Shown here: piece by piece, positions 50,347 through 62,242 of the stretch
Layout: every line of letters begins with the position of its first letter
How positions within the stretch are numbered: position 1 is the stretch's first letter
Origin: Squalus acanthias
Lineage: Eukaryota
Direction: 5' to 3'
DNA: 64,000 nt
Assembly (NCBI GenBank): GCA_030390025.1
Contig: JASTWF010000350.1
Coordinates: forward strand, 124,001-188,000
The notes under the pieces: model-generated
Databases searched by the model: none
The model's input: only the letters and a program-made list of their open reading frames with translations
What the model was told of the DNA's origin: nothing
Position numbers and translations under genes: made by a program

Positions 50347-52218
50347 GGCCGGGAAAATCCAGGGTGCTGGAAACATGCCGGTGGCATCGCTGGCCGCAGT
50401 TAACGGCCACCGAAATTAATAATCGCTGCTTGCTAATTGACATTAAAGGGGAACTGCCTTCTAAAATGAAAAAAATTTAAATAATTAAAAAAAGGCAGTT
50501 TTTAGCCCTTAGAGCGCAACTGCCTTCTGAACAAAAATAAACATTAAAAATAATTCCCAAATGGCAGTCTTCAGCTCTAAAAGCTGAATTGCATTCCATA
50601 CCGAAAAAATGGGAAAACTGCCTCAGCACTAACACAACTGGCTCAACAAACCAAGAAAGGGCCACCCAGGGTCTTGCACGCAGCACTCCAGCTTTGTGCA
50701 GGGGGTCAACACTGCGAGAACGGTCCTCTACTCACAGGAGACAGTGCTGGCCATTCTTGGCAGGGTCATGGCTGAGTCCTTGGACAGTGGCGGGGCTGAA
50801 AGGATAAAAGATGTGGGTATCCTCATACGTTATCCACCTTCTGGCATGCACCTCTTGCATTCACGCCCTCCCATCGCCACAACTCCACCCATGTGCCTTC
50901 CTCATTTCACACACCCAAGAAATGCAGCCTGCCCAGCCAGTGGTTGGCCAAGAAGAGGGAGAGGAGAGTGAAGAAGAAGAAGAAGAAGAAGAAGAAGAAA
51001 CACCGTCTCTCGATTTGACATTACCAGCCACCTGCTCCTCGAGGTCATCCTGCAAGGCCATCTGCGTGCCATTGAAAGTCAGCAGCCTTCCACCAGCCAT
51101 GCTGCAGCCACTGGGGTAGCACTGCGTGACATCAGTAGGATAGGCAAAAGCACACACAAGACAGTCTCTAAGGGAATATACAAGGGTGATTAGTTGATTT
51201 CTTGATGTAATATTGGATGGATAGATGTATAAAGTTGGATTGGAAAGCTTGTTTTGTGGTGGCTTTTATTTCAGCATTGTGGCCAAGAGGACGCTGTGAT
51301 GGTCAGTAAAAAGAAAGAAAAGAAAGATTTGCATTTATATAGCACCTTTCTCAACCACCTGATGTCTCAAAGTGCTTTACAGGCAATGAAGTACTTTTGA
51401 AGTGGAGTCACTGTAGTAACAGAGGGAAGGTAAGGTGTGGGACAAATGTTGAAAGGGGAATTGGGGTTGTGGTCACTGGTACCACAGGCGGATGATTCCG
51501 GCCAGAAAGGGGCTGGCTGGGTTGCATCCTTCCTTCTGCTTCCTCCTCTTCTGCATCTTCCTCTTCTGCGTCTTCCTCTTCCCTCTGCGAGCGGATTCTG
51601 GAAATCTGAAATAAAAGCAGAAAATGGTGGAAATACTCAGCAGGTCAGGCAGCATCTCGACCTGAGACGTGAACTGTTTCTCTCTCCACAGATGCTGCCT
51701 GACCTGCTGAGTATTTCCAGTATTTTCTGTCTTCTCAGAGGCCTTCCTTTACCTTCCGAGGCCTTGCAAGCATCCGGCAGCACTCCCTGCACACTTCAAA
51801 AACTTTTAACATCTATTGCTCCAAGCCACTACTTCAATAAAATATAAAAAATCCAGTCTAAAAGCTTAAATGCAAACTTACCTGAAAGATGTGTGTGTCC
51901 CTTTAAGAAGTGTTGACAGTGTCTCTGTCGGTCTGCTGCACGCTCGCTTTTCAGAGCAAGTTTAGGACCCAGTGCTAAACTCTGCGCAATGGTCCAAGTT
52001 TGCAGAGCATGGCGTTAAATCTGCATTGCACGCTGACTGAAGTCACGCTCTCAAGATTTGCATGTCCAGCGCCAACGCTTCTAACGGCAGCGCTATGGCC
52101 CTCACCAAAATGGCGGCCACTGAGTCCCGCACCAGAGGCAGGCATTAGAGCGGCGGCCGCCATTTTTTTCAGGAAGCTGGCGGTAACGGGTAGCATTAAG
52201 TAGCCCAATTTCTAGGCC
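50347..52218. mobile_element. Non-autonomous, internally deleted Harbinger
   Basis: Imperfect TIR GGCCGGGAAAAT / GGCCTAGAAATT, TSD TCT, Myb-gene and transposase-tail remnants similar to 1-620 and 53400-54700. Confidence 0.75.
51597..51730. mobile_element. Penelope-like pLTR remnant in inverted arrangement
   Basis: 40-bp arms at 51618-51657 and 51690-51729, homologous to 63730-63790. Confidence 0.7.
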
Positions 52219-52879
52219 TCTGTTTTCTGTCCCTTAGCCAATTTTGTATCCATGCTGCTACTGCCCCTTTTATCCCATGTGCTTCAATTTTGCTAACAAG
52301 CTGAGTATGTGGTACTTTATCAAAACACCTTTTGAAAGTCCATATATACAACAGTCCATAACTGCAGTGCCCTCACCCACCATCTCCATTACCTCATCAA
52401 AAACCTCAATCAAGTTAGTCAAACACGATTTGCCCTTAACAAATCCGTGCTGGCTCTCTTTTATTCGTCCATGCTTCTCCAAGTGGCTGTTAATTTTCTC
52501 CCGGATTATTGTTTCTAAAAGCTTCCCCACCACCGACGTTAAACTGATTGGCCTGTAATTGCCAGGTTTATCCTTTTCTCCGTTTTGAACAAAGGTGCAA
52601 CAATTGCAATCCTCCAGTCCTTTGGCACCACCCCTGTATCTAAGAAGGATTGGAAGATTGTATCCAGCACCTCAGCGATTTCTACCTTTACTTCCCTCAG
52701 TAACCTAGCATGTATCCAGACCAGGTGATAATCCACATTAATTACATGCTAGCACTACTTAAAGCTAGCCTGCTCTGCTTAAAGCTAGCCTGCACCTCTT
52801 AAAGGGAAGGTGCATTGTGGCTGGAGCAGGTGCTGGGATTCCTTGGTGAGCAGGAATTTGACCTGGGAAAGACAGAAAA

Positions 52880-54700
52880 ATGGCTGAACATGGGAGGGAG
52901 CGGGCACCCAGGTTTTCCGACACTGTAATGGAGGTCTTGATGGAGCAGGTGGAAAGGAGGAGAGAGGCCCTGTATCCGCAGGGGGCCTGGAGGCCATCCA
53001 GACACACGGTGAAGATAGCTGCAGAGGTCAATGCCAGGAGTTTAGCCCCAAGGATTTGGGTGCCGTGCCGCAAGAAGTTTAATGGCCTCACATCAGTGGT
53101 CAAGGTCAGTGAATGCATTTTCAACTGCATCACTAGCCTCAGTCACTGCTCAAATCACCACACCCCCATTACTCACCTACCAACAATGTCTATCAATCAG
53201 GACTCATAGCTAATATGCATATGCTCTACTTCAACCCCTCACACTTAGCACTGTTGCAAGCCTCACATGTACATCTCACAGCTTGCACACACTGCCAGCT
53301 ATTCAACCATGGCAGTCACATCACCCAAACATGTTCCACGACACTCACTGACACACTTCCCTCTATCTTGCAGGAAAAGGTGGTGCACAATCAGAGGCAG
53401 CAGGAACTAACTGCAGGTGGAGAGGCACTCCTGCATGTTCTAACCCCCATGGAGGAGATGGTGCTGGCCATTATGGGAAGGCCCATTGCTGAGAGCATGG
53501 CCAGCGGCGGGGTTGAATCCATCGAAGATGATGGTATCCTCATACCTAATACTCCTTCCCACATCCCACTTCCCCCTCATCCCACAATCTCTTCTGACTT
53601 ATAAGCTGCAGTTGGTGTAAGCATGCACCACTTGTTATCCCCCCTCTCCTCACCACAACCCTACCCTTGTGCCTTTCTCCTTTCAGATTCCCAAGAAGTG
53701 CAACCTGGCCAGGCAGTGGAGGAAGAGCAAGAAGAGAGTGATGATGAAGACACACCATCACTCGATTTCACAGTCGCAGCCACCAGCTCAGATACTGACA
53801 CTGCACGTATCTTAGAGGATAGATTAGAGGCAGGATCTGCACGAGGTGAGACACCAGGTACAAGTGCGCTGCAGCCAATCAGGAAGCAAGGATAGAGCAC
53901 CTGCCAGCTCGCTGGAGGGCGAGGTCGCACACGAGTTCTGCTGCAGAGGACTCAGATGAGGACTTCGATGAGCCAGGCTACAGGAGAAGGCTGATAGGTG
54001 TACACAACGAAATACTTGGTGTATTGGCAAGCCTGCCAGAAAGCCTGCATGCAATGTGAAGGAGCATGGAGGAGTCTGCCACCAACTTGGCACAGGGCTT
54101 TGCGCAGAGCTTGGAGCCCAACCTTTCCAGCGTGGAAGTGGTGGCCAACTCCATTAGCACACTTGTGGACCCAACCATGATGCAGCGTCTGATGGTCGAT
54201 GTCTCGGCTTCCATTGCAGCACAAGCAGCTTCCACCAAAAGTCTGAGTGCTGCAGTGGAAGCTCAGAGTGAAGTCATGCAAGGTCAGACTGCTGCCAGTG
54301 TTCTAAGGGGACTTGTAGGGTATCACAGCAGTCCAGCAATCTGTCCTCCAAAAGATTACTAGGTTCGCTGAGGCACCGCCCCAGGGGAGTGACAGTGGCT
54401 CCATAGAACTCAGGATGATAGCATTCATCCTCCCACCCCTGCCACTCTGCCAGTGCCCTTGCTGTTGCCTGTCAGCGAGCCAGTCCAGACTGCTGCCTCC
54501 CAGGCCGAGATGGTGCAGTCTGAAACCGGGCCATCTAGGCCCAGAGCTGCTTGAGGTCGCTCTCCAAGGCCATCTGCAGTCTCCTCCACTGAAAGTCAGC
54601 AGCATTCCACCAGTAATGCTGCAGCCAATAGGGTAGCACTGCGTAGGAGCACTAGGACAGGCAAAGGCACACGGAAGACAGGCACTAAGGGAATGCACGA
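52880..54700 (+). pseudogene. Degenerate Harbinger Myb/SANT gene (3 exons)
   Basis: MAEHGRERAPRFSDTVMEVL...CRKKFNGL, donor at ~53104; exon 2 EKVVHNQRQQELTAGG; same exon layout as 22808-20988. Confidence 0.8.
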
Positions 54701-54774
54701 GGGTGCACCGCAGCAACTCGCCAAGGCTTCTTCGGCAGCACCTCCCAAACCCACGACCTCTTGCACCCAGAAGG

Positions 54775-55497
54775 ACTGAGGGGGCACTCCACTGTCGGAG
54801 GGGCAGTACTGAAGGAGCACTGCACTGTTGGAGGGGCAGTACTGAGGGAGTGCTGCACTGTCAGAGGGGCAGTCCTGGGGGAGCGCTGGACTGTTAGAGA
54901 GGCAGTAATGAGGGAGCCTCCGCTGCACGGTCAGAGGGGCAGTACTGAGGGAGTGTGGCACTGTCAGAGGGGCAGTACTGAGGGAGTGCCGTACTGTCGG
55001 AGGGGCAGTACTGAGGGAGCGCTGCAATGTCAGAGGGGCAGTACTGAGGGAGTGCTGCACTATTGGAGGGGCAGTACTGAGGGAGCGCTGCACTGTCGGA
55101 GGGGCAGTACTGAAGGAGCACTGCAATGTCGGAGGGGCAGTACTGAGGGAGTGCCGCACTGTCGGAGGGGCAGTACTGAGGGAGCACTACACTGTTGGAG
55201 GGGCAGTACTGAGGGAGCACTGCACTGTCGGAGGGGCAGTACTGAGGGAGTGCCGCACTGTCGGAGGGGCAGTACTGAGGGAGCGCTGCACTGTTGGAGG
55301 GGCAGTAGTGAGGGAGCACTGCACTGTCGGAGGGGCAGTACTGAGGGAGCACTGGAATGTCGGAGGGGCAGTACTGAGGGAGCGCTGCACTGTCGGAGGG
55401 GCAGTACTGAGGGAGCGCTGCAATGTCGGAGGGTCAGTACTGAGGGAGCACTGCACTGTCGGAGGGGCAGTACTGAGGGAGCACTGCATTGTCGGAG
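54775..55497. repeat. 33-bp minisatellite (~22 units) derived from a SINE internal segment
   Basis: Unit GGGCAGTACTGAGGGAGCGCTGCACTGTCGGAG; a single copy sits in the SINE at ~56352-56384. Confidence 0.9.
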
Positions 55498-55830
55498 GTG
55501 CCGTCTTTTGGATGAGATGTTAAACCGAGGCCCCGTTTTCTCTCTCAAGTGGATGTAAAAGATCCCATGGCACTATTTCGAAGAAGAGCAGAGCAGTTAT
55601 CCCCGGTGTCCTGGCCAATATTTATCCCTCAACCAGCATCACTAAAACAGATTATCTGGTCATTATCACATTGCTGTTTGTGGGAGCTTGCTGTGCGCAA
55701 ATTGGCTGCCGCGTTTCCTTCATTACAACAGTGACTACACTTCAAAAAAGTACTTAATTATCTGTAAAGTGCTTTGGGATGTCCTGAGATTGTGAGAGGC
55801 ACTCTATAAATGTGAGTCTTTCTTTCCTTT
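55470..55830 (+). mobile_element. Deu-domain-type SINE (SacSINE1/AmnSINE-like), head missing
   Basis: GGATGAGATGTTAAACCGAGG...GTAAAAGATCCCATGGCACT...GCTGTGCGCAAATTGGCTGCC and a CTTT tail. Family name is from recall, not a search. Confidence 0.7.
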
Positions 55831-56314
55831 TCTCTTTTACAAAGCAGGCAGAAAATCCTGCAATTGTTTGCTCCGTCCAGTGGACTCTGCCCGGCCTCCC
55901 ACCTGAGTTACGCGGAGGGACCAGCGAGGGCGGTGGCCCATCCTCACCCTCTCCCCCGTGGATCTCCAGGCCTCGGTTGTTGTTCAATTTACTTTCAACT
56001 GTCAGACTTCTACCCCCTTTAATCTCCGTTCCAATGACTTGTCAGCACATTCTCCAGCCTCCCAAACCAGCCTGTTATTTATAAATGTGACTCAGTAGAG
56101 GATAAGGCTGCCTCTGTGACCCGAAAAGCAGGTCAGATTCAGAGTAGGCTGCTGGTAGGCTTTGGAGCCAATTACACAGAAGTATGAAGCAGACATGACT
56201 GCGTTGTCTGACTGCCGGATCCACAGGAACATTCTGGTGCTTGTATCATGTTCCTCTGTGTGTTATTTTGATGTAGTCATTCCGATGTATTTTAAATGGG
56301 TTAACGACTGCCTC

Positions 56315-56700
56315 TCCAGAGTTGAGCACAAAATCCAGGCCGACACTCCAGTGCAGTACTGAGGGAGTGCTGCACTGTCGGGGGTGCTGTCTTTCGGATG
56401 AGACGTTAAACCGAGGCACCATCTGCTCTCTCAGGTAGAAGTAAAAGATCCCCTGGCACTATTTCGGAGAAGAGCAGGGGAGTTATCCCCGGTGTCCTGG
56501 GGCCAATATTTATATCTCAACCAACATCACTAATACAGATGATCTGATCATTATCACATTGCTGTTTGTGGGATCTTGCTATGCGCAAATTGGCTGCCAC
56601 GTTTCCTACAGTGACTATACTTCAAAAGTATTTCATTGGCTGTAAAGTGCTTTGGGATGTATAAAGGTGTGAAGGGTGCTATATAACTGTCTTTCTTTTT
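56315..56700 (+). mobile_element. Second Deu-type SINE copy
   Basis: Clearly similar to 55470-55830 along its length. Confidence 0.75.
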
Positions 56701-57834
56701 TTCTTGAAGATAGCAGAGGAAAAACGTCTCAAGCATCGAGTATGGATTTCGCTGATTGGAAAATGAATCGGTCAGATAAGTCCAATTTTAAAACCGAAGT
56801 TAATTTTCCCCCACTTCATTCTGTGCATCATTGACGTCAATGGAAAGGAAGGTTGGGTGGGGGTTGTGTTTAACGGTCGGTCGAGCAGCCATCGGCAGTG
56901 AGAATTACCCCACTGTCTGGGCTGGCATGTGAAGAATCAATGTCTGAATGCGGAACCGGAAGACTACCAGTGTCCAGGAAATGGCACCCATCAAGGAGTC
57001 AGTTGGGGTGTTGCAGGGGTAGGTTCAGCTAAATTGGCGGATCGGATTGTCCACGATTTGCTCCGTCAGTTTACTGCCCAGAATTACCCCCCACTGCCTC
57101 TTCAGGAAAGGAGGTGATAAAATTGGGCATGGCGGGGGGTGGGAGGGAGGTAGAGAGTTGGGGGTGGGGGGAGGAGAAGGAGAGCTGCTGATGTTGTGAG
57201 TGAATCCATGAGCTTTATGTTATTTTCCCCAGATCTTCACAGTGAATTGTGACTTGAGCGCCAATAAAGGGGCAGGTTGTTGTGGGGGGGGAAGAGAGCA
57301 ATATATCAGTAAGAGCCTATCACTAAGCCAATATACTTGGGGTTATTGAGTGTGCAGTGACCTTGGCAAGACCCTGGTCTCTTCTTACGGCATCAAGCAC
57401 TGTGAAAATTTACTGATCAGGCACGATTCCAAATGCCCAGATAAGGGGGTAACTTTGTTGTGGAGCTGGGGGGAGGGGTTGAATCTGACCAACAATCTAC
57501 TCCTACACCAGTGACTGCATCATAAAGACAGGAATCTGCTGGCCAAATTGGTCACTGAAACATGTCATGAATGAAATCAGTTATTGGCAGCCAACCTTCA
57601 ACCACTGGAGCTAGGCAGCAGGCGAGAGGCCACAGTTAGTGCCTTACTAGTGCCACGGTAGTGGTCAGAACTTTGAAATGCGCAACGTTAGTTAGAGTTA
57701 TAAAAGCCTCGCTGTATTGGGGACGCTATATTTAGCTGCCAATTTACAGCGAGGCACATTTACAAATTCACAACCACTTCCCAGGACTAAAGCATTCAAG
57801 GAACATGTGAGGTTCTGAGCAAGGTCCATGTAAT

Positions 57835-57978
57835 ACCCGATATCAAATGACAAATTCTATTTAATGCACCGATACTTCTATAATATTGACATCACTTTAA
57901 TCCATGACCGTCCCATGATATTCAGTTCTATTTAGTACACAGACACTCTCCGATATCCAGTTCTATTTAATACACAGA
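57835..57978. repeat. Degenerate ~35-bp tandem repeat, resuming at 59086-59100 and 60973-61035
   Basis: ACACAGACACTCTCCGATATCCAGTTCTATTTAAT-like units. Confidence 0.7.
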
Positions 57979-59085
57979 GGGGGAGAAATTGGGCTCTGTA
58001 GCGCCCATTTTTTAGGCATTACACAGCTTCCTAGCATGCAAAAATGGAGTCCGAGATGTAAGCGCACCCTTCCGATGGGAAGTGTGCCGGACGCCATCTT
58101 GGTAAAGGGGTTTGCATGCGCACACCTAACGACCAGCAGCACCATGCAGAGCAGGCAGATTATGACGTCAATCAGTGTGCAACCCTGATTTGATGTCAGT
58201 GCTGCCATTTTCATGCACCAGCCTCCGCCCTGTCTTAAGCTCACACAGCTGACTGACGTTAAACGGCATGAAGGACACCCCACCAGTGTTATTTAAACGC
58301 CATGATCACCTTGACAGCCACAGGCAATGCGGTTCTGGCCCTGTTTTGAGGTTGCAGTTGTGGCTGCAGCAGTTGGCAGATTTCAGTCACCTCTTCTGTG
58401 AAGTGAAGACATCTCAAGCATTGGTCCTCGCTGAAGTTGAGGTAAGAGATTTGCTCCCTAAAGACCCTAGGCGGATATGGCCTCCTGCTGAGAGCCCTTC
58501 TCCCCCTCCTCCTCCACCCTCTTTTAGTAGCTTGTGTGGCCTCTGTTCCTTCTCCTACTCATGCTCAATGCCAAGAGGAAGGCCTACCAGGCTACCCATG
58601 TGTGGAAGCAACTTGATTTAGCACAAGCTTTTAACTGACCAAAAAAGTACTTCAGCACCAGCCAGATCACTCCCTGTAGACTATTGAAACTTTAGGCAAG
58701 TATAGGAATGCTCCAAAAACATATAGGATTACACCAGCAGCCAGAAGAAATAATCCAGCACCTAACCTGTAAGTAGTTTATGATCCAATTGAATAACGCT
58801 GGTGAGGTGTCCTTCATGCGGTTTAATGTGCAAGGTTAAGATAGGGCACAGGCTGAAGCGTGGAGTTCGAAAATGGCAGCACTGACATCAAATCAGGGTT
58901 GCACACTGATTGATGTCATGATCTGCCTGCTCTGCATTGTACCAGTGACCGTTAGGTGCGTGCGGCATCCCCTTTACCAAGATGGGGTCCTGCGCACTTC
59001 CTGTCGGATCTCGGACTCCATTTTCGAGCATGAGGTGGCTGCGGAGCGCCTAAAAAATGGACGCTACAGAGTACAATTCACCCCC
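57979..59085. mobile_element. Non-autonomous Harbinger with ~230-bp imperfect TIRs (family of 1-3571)
   Basis: 57979-58212 is inverted at 58870-59085; the interior matches ~2820-3350 (transposase 5' part on -); flanks AGA/ACA. Confidence 0.85.
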
Positions 59086-59105
59086 ACACACTCCCTGATA
59101 CTACA

Positions 59106-60972
59106 CATTTGACCGAGTGTGGCATCAAGGAGCCCGAGTAAAACTGAAGTCAATGGGAATCGGGGGGAAACTCTCCACTGGCTGGAGTCATACCTAGCAC
59201 AAAGGAAGATGGTTGTGGTGGTTGAAGGTCAATCATCACAGCCCCAGGACATCACTGCAGGATGTCCTGGGCCCAACCATCTTCAGCTGCTTCATCAATG
59301 ACCTGCCCTCCAACATAAGGTTAGGAATAGGGATGTTCGCTGATGACTGCACAGTGTTCAGTGCCTTTTGCAACTCCTCAGATAATGAAGCAGTCATGCC
59401 TGCATGCAACAAGACCTGGACGACATTCAGGCTTGGGCTGATAATGGCAGGTAACATTCGCACCACAGAAGTGCCAGGCAATGACTATCTCCAACAAGCA
59501 AGAGTCTAACCACCGCCCCTTGACATTCAAAGGCATTACCATCGCCGAATCCCCCACCATCAACATCCTGGCGGTCACCATTAACCAGAAACTTAACTGG
59601 ACCAGCCACATAAATACTGTGGCAACAAGAGCAGGTCAGAGGCTGGGTATTCTGTGGCGAGTGTCTCACCTCCTGACTCCCCAAAGCCTTTCCACCATCT
59701 ACAAGGCACAAGTAAGGAGTGTGATGGAATACTCTCCACTTGCCTGGATGAGCTCAGCTCCAACAACACTCAAGTAGCTCGACACTATTCAGGACAAAGC
59801 AGCCCGTTTGATTGGCACCCCATCCACCACCCTAAACAATGGGCCGAAAATTGATCCCGGGACGCGAGAGTACGCACTGCGTACTCTCGCGTATTCCCAC
59901 TCCAATTGCCGGTTTTCTGCATGCCCTGCGCATGCGCTGAAAACCGGCAATTGCTCTTCCGAAAAGGGGGCGGGGCTTGAGTGCATCGCGTGCGCGCTAC
60001 AGGCTGCGCGCACGCTGTGCACTTCATGCTTTGGACGCGCAGGTAAGTAGGGAAGATTTTGGAAATGTAAAAAGGAGGAGTAAGACCCGCTTTTAAGAAG
60101 GTAAGTAGTGAATTAAGTATTTTTTTGAATTTTTTTTTACAGGTATATCTTTTTTATAGACTTTAAAGACAGGTAAGTTTATTTTTATAACTTTTTAAAA
60201 GATTTTAAATTTTTTCAAAAATTTAATTTTTTATTTAAAATGGTTAATTTAATTAACTATACTTATTTTATTAATGTGATGGTTTTTTTTTTAAATTTAA
60301 TTGAGGTTTAGCTGTTATTTTGGGGGGGTGTACGATTCATAAGTCTCACAGCTATGCTGTGAGACTTATGAATGGAAGATGGTGTGCTGCCATTGGCTCT
60401 AACTGAGTCACGTGATCCCACAGCTCGCACGAATTAACTACGCCGCTGGGATACGCAAGCCCAGCACAGCTGATGTCTGGAACATCAATTTCGTGCGAGC
60501 TGGATCAGAAAAAGCATAAGCGAGGTGAGACATCGCGGGGAAGGCTTACCCACGCGGGAACAGAGCGAGATCAATTTCTGGGCCATTCACTCCCTCCACC
60601 ACCGGCGTACCATGGCTGCAGTGTGTACCATCTACAAGATGCATTGCAGCAACTCATCAAGGTTACTTCGGCAGCACCTCCCAAACCCGCGACCTCTTCC
60701 ACCTAGAAGGACAAGGGCAGCAGGCGCATGGGAACACCACCACCTCCAACTCACACACCATCCTGACTTGGAAATATATCGCCGATCCTTCATCGTCGCT
60801 GGGTCAAAATCCTGGAACTCCCGACCTAACAGCACTGTGGGAGTACCTTCACCACACGGACTGCAGCGGTTCAAGAAGGTGGCTCACCAGCACCTTCTCA
60901 AGGGTAATTAGGGATGGGCAATAAATCATGGCCTTGCCAGCGACGCCCACATCTCATAAACGAATTTAAAAA
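59106..60972 (+). mobile_element. LINE family B 3' fragment interrupted by a MITE
   Basis: RT motifs; CTAAAC|ATTCACTCCC joins across 59841-60584. Confidence 0.9.
59841..60584. mobile_element. 744-bp Harbinger-type MITE with several internal palindromes
   Basis: TIR GGGCCGAAAATTGATC vs GGCCCAGAAATTGATC (13/16); 3-bp flanks AAT/ATT in an otherwise continuous LINE. Confidence 0.8.
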
Positions 60973-61039
60973 AACACAGACACTTCCTGATATCCAGTTC
61001 TGTTTAATACATACGCTCCCCAATATTTCTCTATTGAAA

Positions 61040-62240
61040 AGTAAAAAACTCCATGGGAAAAGTGATCCATCCGTGGCTAACTAAAGAAGTTAAGGATAGT
61101 ATTAGATTAAAAGAAGCGGCTTATAATGTTGTGAAGAATAGTAGTAAGCCTGAGGATTGGGAGAGGTTTAGAAACCAGCAAATGATGACCAAAAAATTGA
61201 TAAAAAGGGAAAAAATAGAACATGAGAGTAAACTAACAAGAAATATAAAAACAGATTGTAAGAGTTTCTATAAGTATGTAAAAAGGAAGCGAGTAGCAAA
61301 AGTAAGAAGCTGAGACAAGAGAAATTATAATGGGGAATAACGAAATGGCAGAGACTTTAAACAAAAAAATTGTATCTGTCTTCACAGTAGAAGACACAAA
61401 AAGCATACCAAAAATAGTGGGGAACCAAGGGGCTAATGAGAGTAATTAAGATCAGTGGAGAAAAAGTACTTGAGAAACTAATGGGACTAAAAGCCGACAA
61501 ATCCCCTGGACCTGATGGCCTACATCCTAGGGTTCGAAAAGAGGTGGCTGCAGAGATAGTGGATGCATTGTTTGTGATCTTCCAAAATTCTCTAGATTCT
61601 AGAATGGTCCCAGCGGATTGGAAGTTGGCAAATGTAACCCCGCTATTCAAGAAAGGAGGGAGAGAGAAAACAGGGAACTACAGGCCAGTTAGCCTGACAT
61701 CAGTCGTCGAGAAAATGCTGGAATCCATTATTAAGGAAGTGGTAACAAATAGAATAAAAAAATCATAATATGATTAGGCAGAGTCAACATGGTTTTATGA
61801 AAGGGAAATCATGTTTAACAAATTTATTAGAGTTTTTTGAGGACGTAACTAGCAGGGTAGATAAAGGAGAACCATGGATGTTGTATATTTTGATTTCCAA
61901 AAGGCATTCGATAAGGTGCCACATAAAAGGATGTTATGCAAGATAAGGTCTCATGGGGTTGGGGGTAATATAGTAGCATGGAGAGAGGATTGGTTAATGG
62001 ACAGAAAACAGAGAGTAGGAATAAACGGGTCATCTTCAGGTTGGCAGGCTATAACTAGTGAGGTGCCGCAAGGATCATTGCTTGGGCCTCAGCTATTCAC
62101 AATCTATATTAATGGCCTAGATGAAGGGACCGAGTGTAATGTATTAAAGTTTGCTGATGATACAAAGCTAGGTGGGAAAGTAAGCTGTGAGGAGGACACA
62201 AAGAGGTTAAGTGAGTGGCAATAAGATGGCAGATGGAATA
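61040..62240 (+). mobile_element. Old CR1 ORF2 fragment
   Basis: KSPGPDG, DFQKAFD and FADD motifs with frameshifts. Confidence 0.85.
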
Positions 62241-62242
62241 TA

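Larger units (their letters stand above)
49141..52720 (-). mobile_element. Old CR1, interrupted by a SINE fragment and a Harbinger derivative
   Basis: RT ORF fragments at 49226-50085 and 52270-52736; sequence joins across 50347-52218. Confidence 0.85.

Noticed and set aside
54596..55558. Repetitive ORFs (RRGSTEGALHC)
   Set aside because: Translation of the 33-bp minisatellite.
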